From: Amoeboaphelidium protococcarum X5
Lineage: Eukaryota > Fungi > Aphelidiomycota
Reading direction: 5' to 3'
Length of the DNA: 64,000 bases
Assembly (NCBI GenBank): GCA_023515725.1
Contig: JALDTO010000164.1
Location: forward strand, 191,642 to 255,641
A model generated the notes under the pieces. It saw only the letters and a list, made by a program, of their open reading frames with translations, was not told where the DNA came from and did not search any database. The position numbers and the translations under genes are program-made. Positions 40,615 through 53,110 of the stretch are shown piece by piece. The first letter of the stretch is position 1. Every line of letters starts with the position of its first letter.

Positions 40615-43600
40615 ATGGAGGTGGAATAGTAGACATCGAACAGGGGATCATTGAACAAGTTGAATGAACAGTCCGCTCAAGGTGAAACAGCAAATCAATC
40701 TCCCCACGGCCCACTGCAGCCGCGTTTATCAGCAAGCATCGCTGATCTGAAACAAGAGAGTGCGAATAGTGTCAGTGAGGCTATAGTTTAGCAGTAGGTA
40801 TCTGATGCTTTGAATGGTGGTGACTATCTGCCTGGGTAGGACGAGTCGCTGGACCCGTAGCTGTAGTAGTAGCAGAGCTTTGTTGATGAATAGATTGACG
40901 CTGTTGAGTTGACGAGACGTAAGGTGATTGCTGTACAGTGGTTGCAGTAACTGTTGGCGTAGGATAATATCAATCTGATTCCTGGTGGCAATCTTGATGA
41001 TATTGATAGCATCCTAAAGTTGAATCTGCATGATCAATTGAAATCAGGTGCATTGCTGTGCAAGGCTTTGAACATACTTATGACTGCCAATCCGTCCTTT
41101 ACCGCTGCCAATTTACCGCCTATTGAGATTAATGAACGTACCGACATGTTTGCCTCTCTGACTAACTTGAATAACTTTGTGCGTACCAGCGAGTTGTATT
41201 TTAATGTGGACCGCTTTCGTCTATTTGATCCTATTGAGGTTTTGTAAGCTGATGGTGTGTCTGCTGACAGTGAAAGTCGATTTATTAAAGCAGTGTACTT
41301 CCTCAAGTTGGTGGTTGAAGAAACTGGTCTAGATTTTCAGGTGTATAGTGCAAAGCCTTTTGCCACTTTGACTTTTGATCAGATTAGTCAGTTGGTGTCC
41401 ATGATCTCAACCAGCCCGTCGAATCCTGTTGTAGCCTATGATCCTCGCGTTGTTATGAGCGTATAGGATACTGAGGCCTTCTAAAGACTTTCTAGTAAGC
41501 TAGATGCTGTGGAGACTAGTCACAAATCTTTGTCCATGCTGACTTTTCAGATTGGTAGTAGATTTGAGCAGCTGCAGAAAGATTAGGAGGTGATAAAGAA
41601 GAAGTTGGATAATCTGGTCGGTGGTGTATTGGGAGCTTTCGATGAGGTATCGCATAAGTTGCGCGATCTGAAAGAAGTCACTGATATTGTTGGCAATTCT
41701 GCTTTAGGATTGCATTCTATCGTCTAGTTGATTGAAAATAAGAACGTGCAAGCCAATTCTGCCATTCTGGAGGCATTAGCTAAAGCTCAGCATGTGTAAG
41801 CTGGATAATCGACTGCCTTTGATGATCATAAGGCGTCCACAGCTTACAAATCGCTATTGGCTGAGGCTAAAGCTAATGGTAGTGCTAGTACAGAAAGTCG
41901 TAAAAGTTCATCCAATTTGGCTCAGTCACCATCTGCAAGAATCAGCACCTCAGTTCCAGTCAGTCCAAGTACACCTTCTCCAATGCTGGCTCAGAGTCCT
42001 TAGTAGAGCTCTGCTGCCAAGGTGTTCAAGTTGCCTGATGAAGTTCTAGCCATGAATCTCCCTAAAGATGAGTTGATGCGTCAAAGTGTACTGTACGAGT
42101 TTATCGAAAGCGAGTAGGATTACGTTCGAGATGTGAATGTCATGTTGGAGTATCATTATAAAAAGTTGAAGTTTGGCAGACTGCTGGATGACGCGTAGCT
42201 GAAGCAAATGTTCTCCAATCTGGAAGAGTTGTTGCCAGTAAATAAAAAGTTTCTGGCTCAGCTGAACAAGAGACAATCTGAAAATTGTGTCATTTCTGGC
42301 ATTGCCGATCTAGTCCTTGATGTCGCTCCGCAATTCAAAGTGTATGACATTTATTGTGCCAATTATCAATCCGCGTTGTCGCTGTATAAGGCACTCAAGT
42401 CGAGAGATGACATTAAATTGTACTTGGAAAAGTCAATGAATCAGCCAGAATGTCGCGGTCTGTCGTTGGAGTCCTTCTTGATCAAACCGGTACAAAGAAT
42501 CTGCAAGTATCCTTTGCTGTTGCGTGAATTGATCAAGAATACGCCCAAGGGACATTCTGATCACCAACTGCTTGAATCTGCCATGCAAAAGATTGAGGAG
42601 GTTTTGAACTCGATCAATGAAAAGACCAGAGCTGTCGTGGATAGAGAAAAGCTTTTGGAGTTGCAGTCAAAGATTGAAAGTGCATTGCCGTTGAACTTGG
42701 TTGTAGATGGTAGACGTATAATTAGAGAAGGAGCATTGCAGCGCGTAAATAATGGAAAGACTAAAGATCGTCAGTTTGTGCTACTAAATGATTATGCTAT
42801 TGTATTCAAGACTTCTGGAAAGCAAGGTACAAAACTTTAGTATGAATCTCACATTGAACTTGTGAGAAGCTTGGTGAATCCAAACCCAAACATCAAGTTG
42901 GCAGGTGGTAACAACGCGTCTGGATAGAAATTGATCAAATTAATGTTTGAGATTGTCAGCGGATCTGAATCGTATGCTTTTGCCGCTCAAAGTGAACAAG
43001 ATCGACTGAGATGGATGTAAATGTTAGAAGATGCCATCCGGGATGCTGTAGATTTGAGTCTTCCTTCTCTGGTTTAGTAGCTATCTCCTTCACCTTCTAC
43101 AGTTGGCACAGCTCAGTCTGGTGGCGGTGGTGGTGCTTCGAGAAATAACTCTGTAAAGACGGTGCGCACTGGCACCATTAGAAGAAAATCAAATTTTTTC
43201 GGATTGAATAATGGTAATAAGAGAGGCTCATAGGAGTCTGTGGCCGAGTTCCCTGAGGAGAATTCCCCAGCTTTGCAGTCATAGGCTAGCTTTGGCACTT
43301 CAGAGTCCAAGGGTCGTAAGAAGAGCATTGGCTCAATGATTGGCAATGATTTGATCTCTGAAGAGTCTTCACACAAGAGTGCCGATGAAATATCTGCTCA
43401 GAGTAGCGGTAATTTTAGACGAATATCTACAGCCTCTCAAATGGGTGTTGAAGGGCCATAGGCTGTGAGTATTCCTGTCGCGTCACCCGCTGCGCCTCAA
43501 ACTGTCCCATTGGAGGTACCTGGATATCCTACATGGCGCGCAGTTGACTCTGGATATGGTGCTTTCTACTACTTTAATGTTGAGACGCAGATAACTTCGT

Positions 43601-43908
43601 GGTATCATCCACAAATTCTTGCATAATAGTAGCAGTTGTCGCAGTAGTAACCTGAATAGTAATAGCCATAGCAGCAGCAGTCGCCTGAATAATAGACGGA
43701 GTAGCCAGCAGTGTAGCAATAGCCTCCTGTAGCGATTGCATTTGGAAGTATTGGGCCACCATCTTCCCCACCACCTCAGTTACTTTCGAGTAAAGAGCAG
43801 TAGAATGGCGAATCTGTTAATGACGCGTCATAGAACAAAGATTAGCCAGAGACAGCCAATGTTTAAGCTACAAGCTCTGATAATACTTAGAACTAGCAAG
43901 AGTAGTGA
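40615..43908 (+). CDS. Dbl-family RhoGEF: CH-like, coiled coil, DH, PH, WW; ~1097 aa, intronless
   Basis: CH-like LKSGALLCKALN...NLNNFV. DH with YEFIESEQDYV, FSNLEEL, LESFLIKPVQRICKYPLLLRELIK. PH with REGAL...DRLRWM. WW with WRAVDSGYGAFYYFNVETQITSWYHP. Confidence 0.88.
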
Positions 43909-44043
43909 TGATATCGATGAGAAGAACTTGAGCATAATTCAGTGATGTGATGATGAAGGGGTCTAGAAAATAAGAGATTTTCCAAATAATGACTTCATTT
44001 CAATTTAATCACACTACCCTTCTAATAGCTTCATACCGCTCTT

Positions 44044-44789
44044 TCACATGACCAACCGGTAAGTGACATATCTACCAGCAGTCTCAGAAGGCCTAATAAT
44101 CTTCACCACATCTCCCCTTCTGAGACCAAAGTAACGAGCCACCGGATCACTCTGCAACATTCGCGGCAACTGCGACTCTTTTAGTCTGTACCGCTTCAGC
44201 AACTCCGCCTTCTCCCCAGCAGTGAGTAGAACATGCTTAGGCACCAACTGATGCTCAGTGATATTGACCAACAACTCTGCTTCATGGAACATTTCAAACT
44301 TTAATTTCGGCAAATTCATCATCACCTACAACACAATCAACAATATATGTATATTCATTACTATAAAATACATGATCACAATAAGAATAATAATACCTTG
44401 GCAGCAGCAGGAGTGATGTGATTGCGAATGACAACGATGGCGCGCATAATGCCCTTCTCACTCATGGTCTGCACAAATGTTCTAATAGGCTTAACTCCCA
44501 CAGACGTCTCTTCAGTGAAGAATACAATCAACTGATCAGATGGCTCATTCGCGTTGGTAAACATGAAGGCAAGAGCATCCCTATTAATCACAGAGCCAAA
44601 CTGGTTCCTAAATTCATCCAGAGACAGATTAAATTCATTATCACCCACACTATATCCTCGATCCTTTGCCTACATTAATTGCGAATTATAATAAGATGGT
44701 CATTAGATTGAAATGAATCGTACCATCTTATGAATCGTCTTGTGCACCTTCCACAGCTTGACCAAATCTCTATCTTCTTATTATTACAT
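44044..44789 (-). CDS. RPB5: RNA polymerase I/II/III common subunit RPB5
   Basis: Starts ATG TAA TAA TAA GAA GAT (MQQQED). [15 protein letters not shown] and [31 protein letters not shown]. Two introns. Confidence 0.96.
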
Positions 44790-46243
44790 TCCTCTAAATT
44801 CAATATTACGCTATCGAAATATATATTTATCAGCAATTTATAATAATAATCGGACTGATTGAATTGATGAAGATTGAATTGAATTTTCCAACTTTTCTCT
44901 CTCTCTCAAACTCAACGCTCTGCTGATTCCATCAATACAAGAAAGAATGTGAAAAATAAAGTGTATAAGGCTTGTTATTCATCAACTTGGACAACCAATA
45001 GTTGATGGATTTGGACCTATCTTTCTGTATACAAGCTCTGTGATAGTTCAGTCAGGCGAAAAATTATTTACACATTAATTGTAGATCGTGGCTTAGCTTA
45101 ACCATTAGTAGAAAATCCCGAATTGATTTTGATGTTCTTTGGAGACTTGTATTATTGATGCGTTCTCTCATCGCGTATAATATATTCTGCATTAATATGT
45201 TGGTAATGGGGGTCGATGCATGTATATATATTAAGGATGAAGTTTTAATATATTGGATAGATGACAAAACAGATGGTGGATCAGTTGACTGTCGCGCAAG
45301 TATTGAAGGTTGAATCGGATCTGAATTCTAAATTTCCGCCGGATAAAGCTCAACTGTTCAAGACTTTAATTTTTAATTCTATTATGTTTTGGTGTACTTG
45401 GCGCGATCTATTGGTTTTAATTGATCACATACTGGCTGCAATATGCTCCTGATATAGTCGACTCCTAGATAGTGGTAATAATTTTACCAAGGATTATATT
45501 TTATCGCTTACATGACTAATACGCATTAGTTACGCGTTGAACATTATTATGATAAACGATGTGAATAAATTAATCTTTGATGAGAAGCATTACTTTGCAG
45601 GTGTCAAGAGTGACCGCTCTTAAAGATTTTATACAAGGGAGATAGTTTTCTCGTTATCGTTTATAGCTTTCATCCATCGATTTGGAGAGAGAGAGAGAGA
45701 GTGAGAGCGGAAGAGAGGAATTTTTTTGGGACGTTTCAATGCGAATGTGTCGCAAATGTTATAGAGTTGGGTGAAATGTTGCAAGTTCGTATGTAAATTT
45801 ATTGGCGCCCACTCGAAACGAGACAATTACTTTATTTTTGGGGATGTTTAGTCAACGGTTGATCTTCAGAGCGCCCAAATCTAAATTTTCTTTTTTTTCT
45901 CTTAGAAAGTAGATGGGGCCTTCACTAATTCCATAATGACATTGTGATATTTTACAGACTTTTAGGCGCGTAAATAATCGTTGTATGCGCGTCTTACACG
46001 TTGCCTTGTATTAAAAGCATTTAAGTCTTTGATGCTATCACTGATATGAAGTGATGTAATCATCATAGAGATTGTCATGAGTATGTGATGAATTTACAAT
46101 CGATTAGTCTTTCAGATTTTATAATGATGACAATTGCTTAAATTCTGATACTCATCACTATTTTACTCTTCTAGAATTTGAATTTGTATACACAATAATT
46201 TTCATATTTATATTTAAACACACGTTCACACTAAAAAAAATAT

Positions 46244-46534
46244 TCATTTAGCAACAACAGCAGAGTGTTCCCTCCTGGTTGCTTCTTATAAGAGAGGAAC
46301 CGCGACATCCTGCTTCTATAGATGCACATATCTAACAACACTACCGCGGATAAACGTGTCAGAAATTGAGGCGAGATACGGGTGTTTATCAGCATCCACC
46401 ACTTCAATGTTATCCAGCTTAAAATTCATAAACTGGTCCACTGACACGAGAGTTCCCTTGATCTTGACATCATTCTTCAACTCCACAATCACCTACTTCC
46501 CGATTAGAGTCTTGAAAAATGAATAGAATAGCAT
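46244..46534 (-). CDS. LSM2: U6 snRNA-associated Sm-like protein LSm2, 96 aa
   Basis: MLFYSFFKTLIGKQVIVELKNDVKIKGTLVSVDQFMNFKL...FIRGSVVRYVHL. Missed by the ORF track because of TAR codons. Confidence 0.95.
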
Positions 46535-46982
46535 ATTTATTATTTACAGTTAAAGACTTTACTACAGGTAAATCTTAATGCTATTACTGAGTATGACGGC
46601 AAAGGGTCCGAGTTTGAAAAGATTCCAACTAAAGACGCGTACGTATCGAACTCCCAGAAAATATCCACAAGAGAAACTCTCACGACGGAGTATTTGGCCA
46701 TTTCTTCGAGTCTCTCTTTCCCTTGCTCTGCTTTAAGAGAACGCACTAACGGTAAAAGAGGCGCTTCATCTCTCACCCGCCCGTTGTCTTTCTCTGTCTC
46801 TCTCTCTCTCTCAACTGCTCTGTTGTTGTTGCGACTATTTCCCTTCTCTTTCTTACTTGAAAACTTCCTATACACAACCCAGCATTTCTAAACTGCTTGG
46901 AATATTATTGACTTGAACAAGCATAGATTGTCAATCTGCTTGAAATTAATAAACTAAACTAAACGAACCTGAATTTAAAATC

Positions 46983-48131
46983 ATGAGTGCTGAGATTTAT
47001 CATTTGGTTAATGCACCTGTTACTGCATATGCGTTCAATGGAAACAACACCCAGTTGGCATTGTGTGCCAATAACAATGATGTGTTGATATTCCAGCGTC
47101 CGAGTCCTACCAGTCAAGATTGGAAGTAGACTCATACTCTGGTTGGTCATGACAAGACTGTGACCTCCATGGACTGGGCTCCTCAGACCAACCGTCTGGT
47201 TACTTGTGCACAGGATCGTAATGCGTATGTCTGGGTGTTCGATGCAGGTAGCAACTAGTGGAAACCAACGCTGGTGTTATTGCGTATCAATAGAGCTGCC
47301 ACTTTTGTTCGCTGGTCCCCTAATGAGTAGAAATTTGCCGTTGCCAGCGGAGCTCGTCTCATCTCTGTCTGTTACTTTGAACAAGAGAATGACTGGTGGG
47401 TGTCGAAGCATTTGAAGAAGCCCATCAGATCCACCGTGCTGTCTCTGGACTGGCATCCAAACAATGTCTTGTTGGCGTGTGGCTCCTCTGATATGAAGTG
47501 TCGTGTATTCAGTGCTTACATCAAGGGCCTGGATGAGAAGCCGGCCGCCTCTGCGTGGGGAGAACGTTTACCGTTTGGCACGCTGTGTGCAGAGTACGGT
47601 AATGGTCGTGGAGGTTGGATCCATGGTGTTGCCTTCAGCCCGACTGGTGATGAACTGGCATGGGTTGGACATGATTCTGCCATCTACTTTGCTGATCCAG
47701 CCAAGAATTCAGTACAGGAGGTCAAGTTGAATATTTTACCGTTCATGTCCCTTGTGTGGGTTGGCTTTAATTCTGTTGTGGCTGCCGGTCATGAATGTGC
47801 GCCGTACGTTTATACTCGTAGTGGTCCTGGTGCCCAGTGGGGACAAGGCGAAAAGTTGGATGTGGGTGGTGCTGGTGCAAAGAAGGCTGTGGGCGGAAAC
47901 GCTGCTCTGAACAAGTTCAAGCAAATGGATAGCCGCGCCTAGGATTCTGGTCAAGGTGTGACATCTTCTGATTTGTAGACTGTGCACCAGAACTCTATCA
48001 ATGGTATTCGCATCTATGAGATTCAAGGCAATGGTGCCAGCAAATTCTCTACCAGCGGTGTCGATGGACGTGTTGTCGTCTGGGATTTGAAGTCTTTGGA
48101 GTCTCAAATTGCTGGTCTAAAGATTAACTGA
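46983..48131 (+). CDS. ARPC1: Arp2/3 complex subunit 1 (ARC40), 382 aa
   Basis: [58 protein letters not shown]. Confidence 0.96.
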
Positions 48132-48244
48132 TTATAACTATGAGACGATTGATTGAAATGAATACGATTGGAATAGGAGTAAGGAGTTATAAGTTCGTTT
48201 TCACATTAAGAATTGATAATCTATACTAATGCTTTTCACAGTAT

Positions 48245-49730
48245 TCACTACCATTCATCTTCTGGATTTTGATTATTGGCAGTGCTATCATCTGCGGATA
48301 GATTTAAATCCAACAGCTCCTTTTCAGACATCTTCTTTCTCCTCTGCTCCAGGGCGAGAGCGAGTGAACTCATGAGATCATTACCAGATGATGTCGCTAC
48401 TACTGATGACTTTCTCCTGGTATCAGCACCTGTCTAGTACTCACTCGGCTATTAATTAGAATCAGACGCATCCTAAGATTCGGTGGAAAGTAGACGGCGA
48501 GACCTGGTGCGCGCCTTTACAGTTACATGTGACACTTAAGTAGGAGGCGAGGATTATTTCTTACTCTTACCACGACTTTTAGGCCCTTTAATTCTAGAGG
48601 GAAGAGGCTTTAATCCTTTGGAGCCTCCAGCATTCCTTATAGACTCCATTAGAGAAGATCGAGTGTCAGCTGGTTGAGCATTCTGTTGCTTCGTTGAAAT
48701 AGGTAGTGCTACGGACTTTTATACAGCAGATGGCTACTTGAAAGATGGAGGCGGAGGAGGTGGTGGTGGTATACCAGATCCAATAACTTACATCTCGTTT
48801 TTAGCTTGTGACTGTACCATATCCGGGATTTAGGATGACGAGGTACCAACAATCGGTACCACATTAGCTAAATCCAATCTCGGTAGTCCATGCATGCGTT
48901 TCATTTATTCATGTTAATGTTATAGAGAATCACCACCACCACCGCCAGCTATATCAAGATCTCCACTAAAGCTTTTGGCCATTAAGTTCTCAATCGAATA
49001 TTGCAGCAGTTCATTATCCAACTCGCCGAAATCAACCTGCTTAGATTCCAGCTATTCCAATAGATCAAACAGCTATTATTCAATACCAACAGAAGAAGAA
49101 GGCTCTTATATAACAGATTAAGTATCCCCAATGTAATCTGCAGAATCAGGCCGCTATTGATTCGAATGAGACTGTGAGATATTATCTCCAAAGCCTTAAA
49201 TTAATGAGCCCAATAACGACGCGTCATGATCAAATGACACCAATGAATTATCCAACAACTGTCGATCCAATTCAATCTTCAACTTTCCAAGATCATCGCC
49301 AATACTTTTGATTTCAATACAACATTACTGCCCATGTAGTGAATCTTATGCATCATTAAATTATGACTGAGAATCACCAAGATTTTCAATATCCTTTAAT
49401 ATCTATAACTGATCAAGATCATCGTTAAAGGGATACCGCGGCATGGAATAAGTCTACAATATAGCTCTTTGCTAGCTCTATGTCTTTAGATTATTTATTT
49501 ACACCAAGCATTCCTCAATCCTTTGCTCTATTTACAGCCTCTTTGTATTTTATGAGGAGATCTACATGATATGAGATATAATGATGAGGTGAGTATAAAC
49601 GATGAAGTAAAACTAGCCTTACGCGTTATGATGCAGTGGCATATAGATTATCAAATGCGGATAATACTTGTTAGAATTCCCGGCTATAGTCAGCTTCATC
49701 ATTAAACGGCCACTATAGATTAAGCTTCAT
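48245..49730 (-). CDS. WASHC1: WASH complex subunit 1 (WASP-family nucleation-promoting factor), ~474 aa
   Basis: WAHD-like N-terminus and polyproline PPPPPPP. WH2 RSSLMESIRNAGG, C region GNDLMSSLALALEQRRKKMS, acidic end EDEW. Intron 49562-49622. Confidence 0.82.
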
Positions 49731-50003
49731 TGTAATTGCTAAGCTGATCTAATATAGAATTCCTCAAAGTAAATCTAAAAGAGTCAAAGGGTTAATTGAT
49801 CTCGCCTAAGGATTTAAATAAGAACTTTCAAGCTAGTTAAAACTATTAAAGCGACATTAACAGAGAATTTGAAATAGAAAAAAGCTATTATACGTAATAG
49901 CATACTATATATGCATAATCATAAACACTATAGCCATAAATACCAATAATATACAACAAGGAACTAGACAGACGAAGCATATGACCCAGAGAGAAACAAT
50001 AGA

Positions 50004-51026
50004 TCATTAATCAGATTATGGGACTGATTGAGCATTATTAACAACTTCAGAAACGATGTTATCAATCATCCTGTGCTTTACAGGCCATGAGTTGAACATA
50101 ATCTTGATTGATTACTAAGCAGCCGCGCCTAGAACAGTCAGAATACTCTGAATGATCAGTTTAGCACTCTAGTCACCAAGTGTCATCAGAGCATCAAATA
50201 TCAGTTAAAGTCTTTTTCGAATGGATAATCTTGTCGATATCGTGGATCTTTAGGCATTAGATTTACGTTAATGTGGCATGAGAAGTTGAATGAACTTACC
50301 GGGCTTCTATTATTACACCGATAGTTCCATGTAGTCTAATGCTTTCTAAAAAGTGGCTTCCGCAATGTCTTTAGAATATAATCTGGATACTTGTGACCAA
50401 CAATCACCGGGTAGACGTTCGCGCAAAGCTATTTGCAATCTGTCATTGTATCCAAACGTATGCTTCTATGGCTCCATATCAAGTAGAGTCTGTGCCAGTA
50501 CTTGAATCACTGGTTCCATAGGGGCGGGAGAGTATACTGTGCGCATAACATTCCAGTAGTACATCCTTAATGAATTGACAAGCATATAACACGCATTCTG
50601 TACTTGCAAGAGGTCCTGGAATAGTGCACGTACAGGCGGACTCAATTAGCGCATGACATCACGCGTCATGACAAAGTCGACATCATTGATCTGGAGGAGC
50701 GATTGATCTCGTACCACAATCTCATACTGCTTGTCCATCTCCTCTTTCACAGACTTCCTTATCATATGTACCATAACCTTATACTGAATGTCGCGTTAGA
50801 ATTATCTACTTCCCTCGCGCCATCCATTCAAGTACGATCCGAGACTGTTGAAGTGGATGCCAAAAGCAGCAGTATTAACCGCGGACCGTCCACCTCTAGG
50901 ATTAATCAATTGCCGGTGTATAGAAGTGGATTGATCAGGAATTCGACTTTATGAACGCAACAACTAACCATAAACTGCCAGCAGTACGACATTGACTAAC
51001 AATACAAACTTTAATACGGCGATCAT
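50004..51026 (-). CDS. Hypothetical secreted protein, 340 aa
   Basis: Signal peptide MIAVLKFVLLVNVVLLAVYG. Single frame open to TGA 50004-50006. No recognised domain. Confidence 0.68.
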
Positions 51027-51441
51027 ATTTACTTACTGACGCTCTTGAAAATAAAATAGAAAAAAATCAACAAAAATATTACTTCAGATCGGAGCTCCGC
51101 AGTAACGTAATCTAGTTAGGTCGGAGTAAAATGAACTGGAATCAACATCACGTCAAATCTCGAGACAAAGTTTCATCATTAAAAATTGTGATCGATGGCT
51201 TGTGTAAGCGCCTCCTTTTTAAAACCACTTATACTTTGAGTGGCTGTTCATACACGCTGAGGCTGCTGAAAAAAGATCTTCCGTGTCGCTGACCCCTGAA
51301 TGGGTTTGTGACAATTTTTCGCATCTCTGGACAGTCGAGTCATCTAATCTCCATCTAGATAACAGCGTACCATCTGAGAAAAGGGATTCATAAATAAAAT
51401 ATATTTTTCGTAAAGAGTATTTATATCATCATCTCATAATA

Positions 51442-52872
51442 ATGGAGTCTAATAATCAAGAAAATTAACCATCCCGTGCAGTGAATATTCAAAGTGTTGG
51501 TGGTGAACGCTTTAATGCTCCAACGCCGCAGAACACGCCAGCGACGAGTCTTGGCCTGATGATGATGGACAGCGGCGGCGAAAAGTTTTTGTCGCGTCTG
51601 CCGCAGTAGTAATAACCTTCGTCGTCGTCATCATCTTCTCTCACCGACTCTGCAGAGTAGAAGCATCAGGAAGAAAAGTAGTCTCTCGATAATATTAACA
51701 TTGATAAATAAATGTCATCATCATCTGCTGCTGCTGCTGCTGCTAAATAAAGTGTCGCCGCTTCTAGTGGAGAGAAGAAGGAGGAAAGTAGTGTCGCTTC
51801 TATCCTGGCGCAGAATCCGTAAATTATGGAGGCTTTGTAGGGACAGTTGGGTCGATTGGTTGGACAACAGTCTGGATATGTGCAGAACTTGCCCACGGCG
51901 GTGAAAAGACGCGTCCGTGCTCTAAAAGGTCTCTAATCTCAGTGTAATAAACTGGACCGTGAGTTTAGGTAACGCGTCATGGAATTGGAGAAGGAGTTCT
52001 TGGGTAAGAAGTAGCCGCTATTCCAGAGAAGAAGAGAAATTGTCGATGGTGCCAAGGATGCAACTTAGAATGAAGTTGATGCTGGTCGCGATATCTTTGA
52101 AGATGAGGAGTCCGAGGATGCTGACACTAAATCTGCATTGAAGGAAGAAGTGGAGATAAAGGGAATTCCCGAGTTTTGGGCGACAGTCATCAGAAGCTGC
52201 CAGATGCTTGAAGAGATTGTAATGGAAGAGGACTATCCCGCTCTTGATCATCTTATTGACGTTAGATTCTCTCTCTTAGCTGATAATCCTGGATTCCGTC
52301 TAGAGTTTGAGTTCAAAGAGAATCCATTCTTTGAGAATAGTATTCTATCAAAGGAGTACTATCTTGAGGACCAAGCTGGCGAGGATGACGATGATGAAGT
52401 CGCCGGCTCTGATGATTTGGTTTATGATCACGCTGTAGGAACTGAGATCAAGTGGAAAGACGGTAAAGACTTGACTCACAAGATTGAAATTAGAAAGTAG
52501 AGACACAAGTCTACCAACAAGACCAGAGTTGTCAAGAAGGTTGTAAAGACGGACTCATTTTTCAACTTTTTCAATCCCCCTCAAATGCCAGAAGATGAGG
52601 ATGATGATGATCATTAGGATGACGAGATTAGTGAACTGTTGCAGAAGGACTATGAAGTTGGAGAGTTTTTCAAAGAACATCTCATTCCTAAGGCTGTCGA
52701 CTGGTTTACTGGAGAAGCGTAGGAGTAGTTGGATTTCGATGATGAGGAAGACGAAGAGGAAGATGACGACGAGGATTACAGCGAAGGTGAGGAAGATGAT
52801 CAAAACGAAGAGGATGACGATGATCAGGAAGGAGGAGATTAGACTAAACCACAAGAGTGCAAATAGCAATGA
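51442..52872 (+). CDS. NAP1: Nucleosome assembly protein 1, 476 aa
   Basis: [38 protein letters not shown], acidic tail, terminal ECKQQ (Q=TAG) then TGA. Confidence 0.95.
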
Positions 52873-53110
52873 TACGTATAAATTCGATCGCTTATTATCT
52901 CACTTTTTCACCATCATGATTTCCATTTTATATGCGTTTAGTGCTTCCGTGTGGCGGTATTCATTCGTTCAAGGGAGTTTGAAATGATCGACAATTGATC
53001 ATCGCGTCGTTTGTTTTCGCTGATCGACAGATCGTCGTCGCATTTGTTTTACCAAGTTCTTTACGGTCATTTTGAACTATAAGTATCCAGTGCAACAACA
53101 TCTTAATAAC

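Noticed and set aside
44900-45700. Possible gene between RPB5 and LSM2
   Set aside because: The frames I checked contain TGA and gave no recognisable product, so I left it unannotated.
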